The notes beneath the pieces were generated by a model. It had not been told where the DNA came from, did not search any database, and saw only the letters and a program-made list of their open reading frames with translations. A program made the position numbers and the translations under genes. From Auanema rhodensis (taxonomy: Eukaryota > Animalia > Nematoda), in NCBI GenBank assembly GCA_964057225.1, contig OZ059900.1:16492001-16556000 (forward strand): DNA of 64,000 nucleotides, written 5' to 3'. This document shows positions 52,001 to 64,000 of this stretch, in pieces. Within the stretch, counting starts at the first letter, position 1. Every line of letters begins with the position of its first letter.

Positions 52001-55000
52001 ATAAAATATTTCTCATGGGAAATACTGTGTTTTTGTATTTTTCTAGTGTTCAGCATGTAAAATGCTTCATTTTAGTATGTAACACGCTGAAATTCGTTGC
52101 ATTTGACGACTCATATGAACAAAAATCGATTTAATCAATATTAGCTATAAGGGGCGTGCCCTCAGAATATGCTAATTTCCTTAATTTTCTAACCCCTGTT
52201 TTTTTGTCGTGAAAGTGGAACTAGACGTTGTACGAACAATTTTGAGCTAAGTTTCATTGACATTGCATGAGTTTGAACACATGAAATCGTAAGTCAAAAC
52301 CTTGTTTACAGCGAAATTTCCAAAAACTGGTTTTCCAGCATAATAAAATATTTCTCATGGGAAATACTGTGTTTTTGTTTTTTTCTAGTGTTCAGCATGT
52401 AAAATGCTTCATTTTAGTATGTAACACGCTGAAATTCGTTGCATTTGACGACTCATATGAACAAAAATCGATTTAATCAATATTAGCCATAAGGGGCGTG
52501 CCCTCAGAATATGCTAATTTCCTTAATTTTCTAACCCCTGTTTTTTTGTCGTGAAAGTGGAACTAGACGTTGTACGAACAATTTTGAGCTAGGTTTCATT
52601 GACATTGCATGAGTTTGAACACATGAAATCGTAAGTCAAAACCTTGTTTACAGCGAAATTTCCAAAAACTGGTTTTCCAGCATAATAAAATATTTCTCAT
52701 GGGAAATACTGTGTTTTTGTATTCTTCTAGTGTTCAGCATGTAAAATGCTTCATTTTAGTATGTAACACGCTGAAATTCGTTGCATTTGACGACTCATAT
52801 GAACAAAAATCGATTTAATCAATATTAGCCATAAGGGGCGTGCCCTCAGAATATGCTAATTTCCTTAATTTTCTAACCCCTGTTTTTTTGTCGTGAAAGT
52901 GGAACTAGACGTTGTACGAACAATTTTGAGCTAGGTTTCATTGACATTGCATGAGTTTGAACACATGAAATCGTAAGTCAAAACCTTGTTTACAGCGAAA
53001 TTTCCAAAAACTGGTTTTCCAGCATAATAAAATATTTCTCATGGGAAATACTGTGTTTTTGTATTTTTCTAGTGTTCAGCATGTAAAATGCTTCATTTTA
53101 GTATGTAACACGCTGAAATTCGTTGCATTTGACGACTCATATGAACAAAAATCGATTTAATCAATATTAGCCATAAGGGGCGTGCCCTCAGAATATGCTA
53201 ATTTCCTTAATTTTCTAACCCCTGTTTTTTTGTCGTGAAAGTGGAACTAGACGTTGTACGAACAATTTTGAGCTAGGTTTCATTGACATTGCATGAGTTT
53301 GAACACATGAAATCGTAAGTCAAAACCTTGTTTACAGCGAAATTTCCAAAAACTGGTTTTCCAGCATAATAAAATATTTCTCATGGGAAATACTGTGTTT
53401 TTGTATTTTTCTAGTGTTCAGCATGTAAAATGCTTCATTTTAGTATGTAACACGCTGAAATTCGTTGCATTTGACGACTCATATGAACAAAAATCGATTT
53501 AATCAATATTAGCTATAAGGGGCGTGCCCTCAGAATATGCTAATTTCCTTAATTTTCTAACCCCTGTTTTTTTGTCGTGAAAGTGGAACTAGACGTTGTA
53601 CGAACAATTTTGAGCTAAGTTTCATTGACATTGCATGAGTTTGAACACATGAAATCGTAAGTCAAAACCTTGTTTACAGCGAAATTTCCAAAAACTGGTT
53701 TTCCAGCATAATAAAATATTTCTCATGGGAAATACTGTGTTTTTGTTTTTTTCTAGTGTTCAGCATGTAAAATGCTTCATTTTAGTATGTAACACGCTGA
53801 AATTCGTTGCATTTGACGACTCATATGAACAAAAATCGATTTAATCAATATTAGCCATAAGGGGCGTGCCCTCAGAATATGCTAATTTCCTTAATTTTCT
53901 AACCCCTGTTTTTTTGTCGTGAAAGTGGAACTAGACGTTGTACGAACAATTTTGAGCTAGGTTTCATTGACATTGCATGAGTTTGAACACATGAAATCGT
54001 AAGTCAAAACCTTGTTTACAGCGAAATTTCCAAAAACTGGTTTTCCAGCATAATAAAATATTTCTCATGGGAAATACTGTGTTTTTGTATTCTTCTAGTG
54101 TTCAGCATGTAAAATGCTTCATTTTAGTATGTAACACGCTGAAATTCGTTGCATTTGACGACTCATATGAACAAAAATCGATTTAATCAATATTAGCCAT
54201 AAGGGGCGTGCCCTCAGAATATGCTAATTTCCTTAATTTTCTAACCCCTGTTTTTTTGTCGTGAAAGTGGAACTAGACGTTGTACGAACAATTTTGAGCT
54301 AGGTTTCATTGACATTGCATGAGTTTGAACACATGAAATCGTAAGTCAAAACCTTGTTTACAGCGAAATTTCCAAAAACTGGTTTTCCAGCATAATAAAA
54401 TATTTCTCATGGGAAATACTGTGTTTTTGTATTCTTCTAGTGTTCAGCATGTAAAATGCTTCATTTTAGTATGTAACACGCTGAAATTCGTTGCATTTGA
54501 CGACTCATATGAACAAAAATCGATTTAATCAATATTAGCCATAAGGGGCGTGCCCTCAGAATATGCTAATTTCCTTAATTTTCTAACCCCTGTTTTTTGT
54601 CGTGAAAGTGGAACTAGACGTTGTACGAACAATTTTGAGCTAGGTTTCATTGACATTGCATGAGTTTGAACACATGAAATCGTAAGTCAAAACCTTGTTT
54701 ACAGCGAAATTTCCAAAAACTGGTTTTCCAGCATAATAAAATATTTCTCATGGGAAATACTGTGTTTTTGTTTTTTTCTAGTGTTCAGCATGTAAAATGC
54801 TTCATTTTAGTATGTAACACGCTGAAATTCGTTGCATTTGACGACTCATATGAACAAAAATCGATTTAATCAATATTAGCCATAAGGGGCGTGCCCTCAG
54901 AATATGCTAATTTCCTTAATTTTCTAACCCCTGTTTTTTTGTCGTGAAAGTGGAACTAGACGTTGTACGAACAATTTTCAGCTAGGTTTCATTGACATTG

Positions 55001-58000
55001 CATGAGTTTGAACACATGAAATCGTAAGTCAAAACCTTGTTTACAGCGAAATTTCCAAAAACTGGTTTTCCAGCATAATAAAATATTTCTCATGGGAAAT
55101 ACTGTGTTTTTGTATTCTTCTAGTGTTCAGCATGTAAAATGCTTCATTTTAGTATGTAACACGCTGAAATTCGTTGCATTTGACGACTCATATGAACAAA
55201 AATCGATTTAATCAATATTAGCCATAAGGGGCGTGCCCTCAGAATATGCTAATTTCCTTAATTTTCTAACCCCTGTTTTTTTGTCGTGAAAGTGGAACTA
55301 GACGTTGTACGAACAATTTTGAGCTAGGTTTCATTGACATTGCATGAGTTTGAACACATGAAATCGTAAGTCAAAACCTTGTTTACAGCGAAATTTCCAA
55401 AAACTGGTTTTCCAGCATAATAAAATATTTCTCATGGGAAATACTGTGTTTTTGTATTTTTCTAGTGTTCAGCATGTAAAATGCTTCATTTTAGTATGTA
55501 ACACGCTGAAATTCGTTGCATTTGACGACTCATATGAACAAAAATCGATTTAATCAATATTAGCCATAAGGGGCGTGCCCTCAGAATATGCTAATTTCCT
55601 TAATTTTCTGACCCCTGTTTTTTTGTCGTGAAAGTGGAACTAGACGTTGTACGAACAATTTTGAGCTAGGTTTCATTGACATTGCATGAGTTTGAACACA
55701 TGAAATCGTAAGTCAAAACCTTGTTTACAGCGAAATTTCCAAAAACTGGTTTTCCAGCATAATAAAATATTTCTCATGGGAAATACTGTGTTTTTGTATT
55801 TTTCTAGTGTTCAGCATGTAAAATGCTTCATTTTAGTATGTAACACGCTGAAATTCGTTGCATTTGACGACTCATATGAACAAAAATCGATTTAATCAAT
55901 ATTAGCCATAAGGGGCGTGCCCTCAGAATATGCTAATTTCCTTAATTTTCTAACCCCTGTTTTTTTGTCGTGAAAGTGGAACTAGACGTTGTACGAACAA
56001 TTTTGAGCTAGGTTTCATTGACATTGCATGAGTTTGAACACATGAAATCGTAAGTCAAAACCTTGTTTACAGCGAAATTTCCAAAAACTGGTTTTCCAGC
56101 ATAATAAAATATTTCTCATGGGAAATACTGTGTTTTTGTATTTTTCTAGTGTTCAGCATGTAAAATGCTTCATTTTAGTATGTAACACGCTGAAATTCGT
56201 TGCATTTGACGACTCATATGAACAAAAATCGATTTAATCAATATTAGCTATAAGGGGCGTGCCCTCAGAATATGCTAATTTCCTTAATTTTCTAACCCCT
56301 GTTTTTTTGTCGTGAAAGTGGAACTAGACGTTGTACGAACAATTTTGAGCTAAGTTTCATTGACATTGCATGAGTTTGAACACATGAAATCGTAAGTCAA
56401 AACCTTGTTTACAGCGAAATTTCCAAAAACTGGTTTTCCAGCATAATAAAATATTTCTCATGGGAAATACTGTGTTTTTGTTTTTTTCTAGTGTTCAGCA
56501 TGTAAAATGCTTCATTTTAGTATGTAACACGCTGAAATTCGTTGCATTTGACGACTCATATGAACAAAAATCGATTTAATCAATATTAGCCATAAGGGGC
56601 GTGCCCTCAGAATATGCTAATTTCCTTAATTTTCTAACCCCTGTTTTTTTGTCGTGAAAGTGGAACTAGACGTTGTACGAACAATTTTGAGCTAGGTTTC
56701 ATTGACATTGCATGAGTTTGAACACATGAAATCGTAAGTCAAAACCTTGTTTACAGCGAAATTTCCAAAAACTGGTTTTCCAGCATAATAAAATATTTCT
56801 CATGGGAAATACTGTGTTTTTGTATTCTTCTAGTGTTCAGCATGTAAAATGCTTCATTTTAGTATGTAACACGCTGAAATTCGTTGCATTTGACGACTCA
56901 TATGAACAAAAATCGATTTAATCAATATTAGCCATAAGGGGCGTGCCCTCAGAATATGCTAATTTCCTTAATTTTCTAACCCCTGTTTTTTTGTCGTGAA
57001 AGTGGAACTAGACGTTGTACGAACAATTTTGAGCTAGGTTTCATTGACATTGCATGAGTTTGAACACATGAAATCGTAAGTCAAAACCTTGTTTACAGCG
57101 AAATTTCCAAAAACTGGTTTTCCAGCATAATAAAATATTTCTCATGGGAAATACTGTGTTTTTGTATTCTTCTAGTGTTCAGCATGTAAAATGCTTCATT
57201 TTAGTATGTAACACGCTGAAATTCGTTGCATTTGACGACTCATATGAACAAAAATCGATTTAATCAATATTAGCCATAAGGGGCGTGCCCTCAGAATATG
57301 CTAATTTCCTTAATTTTCTAACCCCTGTTTTTTTGTCGTGAAAGTGGAACTAGACGTTGTACGAACAATTTTGAGCTAGGTTTCATTGACATTGCATGAG
57401 TTTGAACACATGAAATCGTAAGTCAAAACCTTGTTTACAGCGAAATTTCCAAAAACTGGTTTTCCAGCATAATAAAATATTTCTCATGGGAAATACTGTG
57501 TTTTTGTATTCTTCTAGTGTTCAGCATGTAAAATGCTTCATTTTAGTATGTAACACGCTGAAATTCGTTGCATTTGACGACTCATATGAACAAAAATCGA
57601 TTTAATCAATATTAGCCATAAGGGGCGTGCCCTCAGAATATGCTAATTTCCTTAATTTTCTAACCCCTGTTTTTTGTCGTGAAAGTGGAACTAGACGTTG
57701 TACGAACAATTTTGAGCTAGGTTTCATTGACATTGCATGAGTTTGAACACATGAAATCGTAAGTCAAAACCTTGTTTACAGCGAAATTTCCAAAAACTGG
57801 TTTTCCAGCATAATAAAATATTTCTCATGGGAAATACTGTGTTTTTGTTTTTTTCTAGTGTTCAGCATGTAAAATGCTTCATTTTAGTATGTAACACGCT
57901 GAAATTCGTTGCATTTGACGACTCATATGAACAAAAATCGATTTAATCAATATTAGCCATAAGGGGCGTGCCCTCAGAATATGCTAATTTCCTTAATTTT

Positions 58001-61000
58001 CTAACCCCTGTTTTTTTGTCGTGAAAGTGGAACTAGACGTTGTACGAACAATTTTCAGCTAGGTTTCATTGACATTGCATGAGTTTGAACACATGAAATC
58101 GTAAGTCAAAACCTTGTTTACAGCGAAATTTCCAAAAACTGGTTTTCCAGCATAATAAAATATTTCTCATGGGAAATACTGTGTTTTTGTATTCTTCTAG
58201 TGTTCAGCATGTAAAATGCTTCATTTTAGTATGTAACACGCTGAAATTCGTTGCATTTGACGACTCATATGAACAAAAATCGATTTAATCAATATTAGCC
58301 ATAAGGGGCGTGCCCTCAGAATATGCTAATTTCCTTAATTTTCTAACCCCTGTTTTTTTGTCGTGAAAGTGGAACTAGACGTTGTACGAACAATTTTGAG
58401 CTAGGTTTCATTGACATTGCATGAGTTTGAACACATGAAATCGTAAGTCAAAACCTTGTTTACAGCGAAATTTCCAAAAACTGGTTTTCCAGCATAATAA
58501 AATATTTCTCATGGGAAATACTGTGTTTTTGTATTTTTCTAGTGTTCAGCATGTAAAATGCTTCATTTTAGTATGTAACACGCTGAAATTCGTTGCATTT
58601 GACGACTCATATGAACAAAAATCGATTTAATCAATATTAGCCATAAGGGGCGTGCCCTCAGAATATGCTAATTTCCTTAAAATTCTAACCCCTGTTTTTT
58701 GTCGTGAAAGTGGAACTAGACGTTGTACGAACAATTTTGAGCTAGGTTTCATTGACATTGCATGAGTTTGAACACATGAAATCGTAAGTCAAAACCTTGT
58801 TTACAGCGAAATTTCCAAAAACTGGTTTTCCAGCATAATAAAATATTTCTCATGGGAAATACTGTGTTTTTGTATTTTTCTAGTGTTCAGCATGTAAAAT
58901 GCTTCATTTTAGTATGTAACACGCTGAAATTCGTTGCATTTGACGACTCATATGAACAAAAATCGATTTAATCAATATTAGCCATAAGGGGCGTGCCCTC
59001 AGAATATGCTAATTTCCTTAATTTTCTAACCCCTGTTTTTTTGTCGTGAAAGTGGAACTAGACGTTCTACGAACAATTTTCAGCTAGGTTTCATTGACAT
59101 TGCATGAGTTTGAACACATGAAATCGTAAGTCAAAACCTTGTTTACAGCGAAATTTCCAAAAACTGGTTTTCCAGCATAATAAAATATTTCTCATGGGAA
59201 ATACTGTGTTTTTGTATTCTTCTAGTGTTCAGCATGTAAAATGCTTCATTTTAGTATGTAACACGCTGAAATTCGTTGCATTTGACGACTCATATGAACA
59301 AAAATCGATTTAATCAATATTAGCCATAAGGGGCGTGCCCTCAGAATATGCTAATTTCCTTAATTTTCTAACCCCTGTTTTTTTGTCGTGAAAGTGGAAC
59401 TAGACGTTGTACGAACAATTTTGAGCTAGGTTTCATTGACATTGCATGAGTTTGAACACATGAAATCGTAAGTCAAAACCTTGTTTACAGCGAAATTTCC
59501 AAAAACTGGTTTTCCAGCATAATAAAATATTTCTCATGGGAAATACTGTGTTTTTGTATTTTTCTAGTGTTCAGCATGTAAAATGCTTCATTTTAGTATG
59601 TAACACGCTGAAATTCGTTGCATTTGACGACTCATATGAACAAAAATCGATTTAATCAATATTAGCCATAAGGGGCGTGCCCTCAGAATATGCTAATTTC
59701 CTTAAAATTCTAACCCCTGTTTTTTGTCGTGAAAGTGGAACTAGACGTTGTACGAACAATTTTGAGCTAGGTTTCATTGACATTGCATGAGTTTGAACAC
59801 ATGAAATCGTAAGTCAAAACCTTGTTTACAGCGAAATTTCCAAAAACTGGTTTTCCAGCATAATAAAATATTTCTCATGGGAAATACTGTGTTTTTGTAT
59901 TTTTCTAGTGTTCAGCATGTAAAATGCTTCATTTTAGTATGTAACACGCTGAAATTCGTTGCATTTGACGACTCATATGAACAAAAATCGATTTAATCAA
60001 TATTAGCCATAAGGGGCGTGCCCTCAGAATATGCTAATTTCCTTAATTTTCTAACCCCTGTTTTTTTGTCGTGAAAGTGGAACTAGACGTTGTACGAACA
60101 ATTTTCAGCTAGGTTTCATTGACATTGCATGAGTTTGAACACATGAAATCGTAAGTCAAAACCTTGTTTACAGCGAAATTTCCAAAAACTGGTTTTCCAG
60201 CATAATAAAATATTTCTCATGGGAAATACTGTGTTTTTGTATTCTTCTAGTGTTCAGCATGTAAAATGCTTCATTTTAGTATGTAACACGCTGAAATTCG
60301 TTGCATTTGACGACTCATATGAACAAAAATCGATTTAATCAATATTAGCCATAAGGGGCGTGCCCTCAGAATATGCTAATTTCCTTAATTTTCTAACCCC
60401 TGTTTTTTTGTCGTGAAAGTGGAACTAGACGTTGTACGAACAATTTTGAGCTAGGTTTCATTGACATTGCATGAGTTTGAACACATGAAATCGTAAGTCA
60501 AAACCTTGTTTACAGCGAAATTTCCAAAAACTGGTTTTCCAGCATAATAAAATATTTCTCATGGGAAATACTGTGTTTTTGTATTTTTCTAGTGTTCAAC
60601 ATGTAAAATGGTTCATTTTAGTATGTAACACGCTGAAATTCGTTGCATTTGACGACTCATATGAACAAAAATCGATTTAATCAATATTAGCCATAAGGGG
60701 CGTGCCCTCAGAATATGCTAATTTCCTTAATTTTCTAACCCTTGTTTTTTTGTCGTGAAAGTGGAACTAGACGTTGTACGAACAATTTTGAGCTAGGTTT
60801 CATTGACATTGCATGAGTTTGAACACATGAAATCGTAAGTCAAAACCTTGTTTACAGCGAAATTTCCAAAAACTGGTTTTCCAGCATAATAAAATATTTC
60901 TCATGGGAAATACTGTGTTTTTGTATTTTTCTAGTGTTCAGCATGTAAAATGCTTCATTTTAGTATGTAACACGCTGAAATTCGTTGCATTTGACGACTC

Positions 61001-63602
61001 ATATGAACAAAAATCGATTTAATCAATATTAGCCATAAGGGGCGTGCCCTCAGAATATGCTAATTTCCTTAATTTTCTAACCCCTGTTTTTTTGTCGTGA
61101 AAGTGGAACTAGACGTTGTACGAACAATTTTGAGCTAGGTTTCATTGACATTGCATGAGTTTGAACACATGAAATCGTAAGTCAAAACCTTGTTTACAGC
61201 GAAATTTCCAAAAACTGGTTTTCCAGCATAATAAAATATTTCTCATGGGAAATACTGTGTTTTTGTATTTTTCTAGTGTTCAGCATGTAAAATGGTTCAT
61301 TTTAGTATGTAACACGCTGAAATTCGTTGCATTTGACGACTCATATGAACAAAAATCGATTTAATCAATATTAGCCATAAGGGGCGTGCCCTCAGAATAT
61401 GCTAATTTCCTTAATTTTCTAACCCCTGTTTTTTTGTCGTGAAAGTGGAACTAGACGTTGTACGAACAATTTTGAGCTAGGTTTCATTGACATTGCATGA
61501 GTTTGAACACATGAAATCGTAAGTCAAAACCTTGTTTACAGCGAAATTTCCAAAAACTGGTTTTCCAGCATAATAAAATATTTCTCATGGGAAATACTGT
61601 GTTTTTGTATTTTTCTAGTGTTCAGCATGTAAAATGCTTCAATTTAGTATGTAACACGCTGAAATTCGTTGCATTTGACGACTCATATGAACAAAAATCG
61701 ATTTAATCAATATTAGCCATAAGGGGCGTGCCCTCAGAATATGCTAATTTCCTTAATTTTCTGACCCCTGTTTTTTTGTCGTGAAAGTGGAACTAGACGT
61801 TGTACGAACAATTTTGAGCTAGGTTTCATTGACATTGCATGAGTTTGAACACATGAAATCGTAAGTCAAAACCTTGTTTACAGCGAAATTTCCAAAAACT
61901 GGTTTTCCAGCATAATAAAATATTTCTCATGGGAAATACTGTGTTTTTGTATTTTTCTAGTGTTCAGCATGTAAAATGCTTCATTTTAGTATGTAACACG
62001 CTGAAATTCGTTGCATTTGACGACTCATATGAACAAAAATCGATTTAATCAATATTAGCCATAAGGGGCGTGCCCTCAGAATATGCTAATTTCCTTAATT
62101 TTCTAACCCCTGTTTTTTTAGTCGTGAAAGTGGAACTAGACGTTGTACGAACAATTTTGAGCTAGGTTTCATTGACATTGCATGAGTTTGAACACATGAA
62201 ATCGTAAGTCAAAACCTTGTTTACAGCGAAATTTCCAAAAACTGGTTTTCCAGCATAATAAAATATTTCTCATGGGAAATACTGTGTTTTTGTATTTTTC
62301 TAGTGTTCAGCATGTAAAATGCTTCATTTTAGTATGTAACACGCTGAAATTCGTTGCATTTGACGACTCATATGAACAAAAATCGATTTAATCAATATTA
62401 GCCATAAGGGGCGTGCCCTCAGAATATGCTAATTTCCTTAATTTTCTAACCCCTGTTTTTTTGTCGTGAAAGTGGAACTAGACGTTGTACGAACAATTTT
62501 GAGCTAGGTTTCATTGACATTGCATGAGTTTGAACACATGAAATCGTAAGTCAAAACCTTGTTTACAGCGAAATTTCCAAAAACTGGTTTTCCAGCATAA
62601 TAAAATATTTCTCATGGGAAATACTGTGTTTTTGTATTTTTCTAGTGTTCAGCATGTAAAATGGTTCATTTTAGTATGTAACACGCTGAAATTCGTTGCA
62701 TTTGACGACTCATATGAACAAAAATCGATTTAATCAATATTAGCCATAAAGGGCGTGCCCTCAGAATATGCTAATTTCCTTAATTTTCTAACCCCTGTTT
62801 TTTTGTCGTGAAAGTGGAACTAGACGTTGTACGAACAATTTTGAGCTAGGTTTCATTGACATTGCATGAGTTTGAACACATGAAATCGTAAGTCAAAACC
62901 TTGTTTACAGCGAAATTTCCAAAAACTGGTTTTCCAGCATAATAAAATATTTCTCATGGGAAATACTGTGTTTTTGTATTTTTCTAGTGTTCAGCATGTA
63001 AAATGCTTCATTTTAGTATGTAACACGCTGAAATTCGTTGCATTTGACGACTCATATGAACAAAAATCGATTTAATCAATATTAGCCATAAGGGGCGTGC
63101 CCTCAGAATATGCTAATTTCCTTAATTTTCTGACCCCTGTTTTTTTGTCGTGAAAGTGGAACTAGACGTTGTACGAACAATTTTGAGCTAGGTTTCATTG
63201 ACATTGCATGAGTTTGAACACATGAAATCGTAAGTCAAAACCTTGTTTACAGCGAAATTTCCAAAAACTGGTTTTCCAGCATAATAAAATATTTCTCATG
63301 GGAAATACTGTGTTTTTGTATTTTTCTAGTGTTCAGCATGTAAAATGCTTCATTTTAGTATGTAACACGCTGAAATTCGTTGCATTTGACGACTCATATG
63401 AACAAAAATCGATTTAATCAATATTAGCCATAAGGGGCGTGCCCTCAGAATATGCTAATTTCCTTAATTTTCTAACCCCTGTTTTTTTGTCGTGAAAGTG
63501 GAACTAGACGTTGTACGAACAATTTTGAGCTAGGTTTCATTGACATTGCATGAGTTTGAACACATGAAATCGTAAGTCAAAACCTTGTTTACAGCGAAAT
63601 TT

Positions 63603-63944
63603 CCAAAAACTGGTTTTCCAGCATAATAAAATATTTCTCATGGGAAATACTGTGTTTTTGTATTTTTCTAGTGTTCAGCATGTAAAATGCTTCATTTTAG
63701 TATGTAACACGCTGAAATTCGTTGCATTTGACGACTCATATGAACAAAAATCGATTTAATCAATATTAGCCATAAGGGGCGTGCCCTCAGAATATGCTAA
63801 TTTCCTTAATTTTCTAACCCCTGTTTTTTTGTCGTGAAAGTGGAACTAGACGTTGTACGAACAATTTTGAGCTAGGTTTCATTGACATTGCATGAGTTTG
63901 AACACATGAAATCGTAAGTCAAAACCTTGTTTACAGCGAAATTT
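63603..63944 (+). repeat. Representative consensus 342-bp monomer (M187)
   Basis: Carries the majority allele at every variable site I scored (acccctg-T7-gtcg, gtacgaacaattttgagctagg). Hand count gives 116 G+C of 342 (about 34%) and 10 CpG per monomer. Confidence 0.93.
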
Positions 63945-64000
63945 CCAAAAACTGGTTTTCCAGCATAATAAAATATTTCTCATGGGAAATACTGTGTTTT

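Larger units (their letters stand above)
1..64000 (+). repeat. Satellite DNA tandem array, 342-bp monomer, 187 full copies plus 1 partial; likely centromeric or pericentromeric heterochromatin
   Basis: 'ccaaaaactggttttccagc' recurs at 1, 343, 685, 1027 ... 63603, 63945 with 341-343 bp spacing. My indel tally (14 T8 copies, 1 A insertion, 25 T6 copies, net -10) reconciles 187 x 342 with the last start at 63945. No inversion or foreign insert was seen. The array runs off both window ends. The centromeric location is an inference. Confidence 0.99.

Noticed and set aside
1-64000. CRISPR array or other repeat-spacer system
   Set aside because: There are no unique spacers; the entire 342-bp unit is repeated and no cas genes are present.
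1-64000. Artefactual concatemer (rolling-circle amplification or collapsed assembly)
   Set aside because: Variants are linked into haplotypes that recur in ordered, nested patterns. Random sequencing error on a single template would not produce this, although individual duplications still need read support.

Overview
The whole 64 kb window is one uninterrupted head-to-tail tandem array of a 342-bp AT-rich satellite monomer (about 34% GC). It holds 187 complete copies (1-63944) and a 56-bp partial copy, all on the same strand. Each copy differs from the consensus at only 0 to about 5 positions. There are no genes, RNA genes, transposon insertions or CRISPR spacers, and all six reading frames hit stop codons inside the monomer. 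This looks like eukaryotic satellite DNA, probably centromeric or pericentromeric; I cannot name the family or organism. The information lies in the variants, which I read by eye, monomer by monomer. They show a degenerate higher-order cycle of about 12 monomers, a ~9-10 kb block duplication, many nested 3-8-monomer duplications, chimeric monomers that mark exchange points, and regionally restricted alleles. They also show an apparently invariant ~75-bp segment (monomer positions 274-342 plus 1-6) next to a variant hotspot (244-273). The monomer itself is rich in dyad symmetries and keeps weak traces of an older 2 x 171-bp structure. I found no evidence of a novel protein-coding system. Mn = monomer number counted from position 1; variant positions are relative to the monomer start 'ccaaaaactg'.
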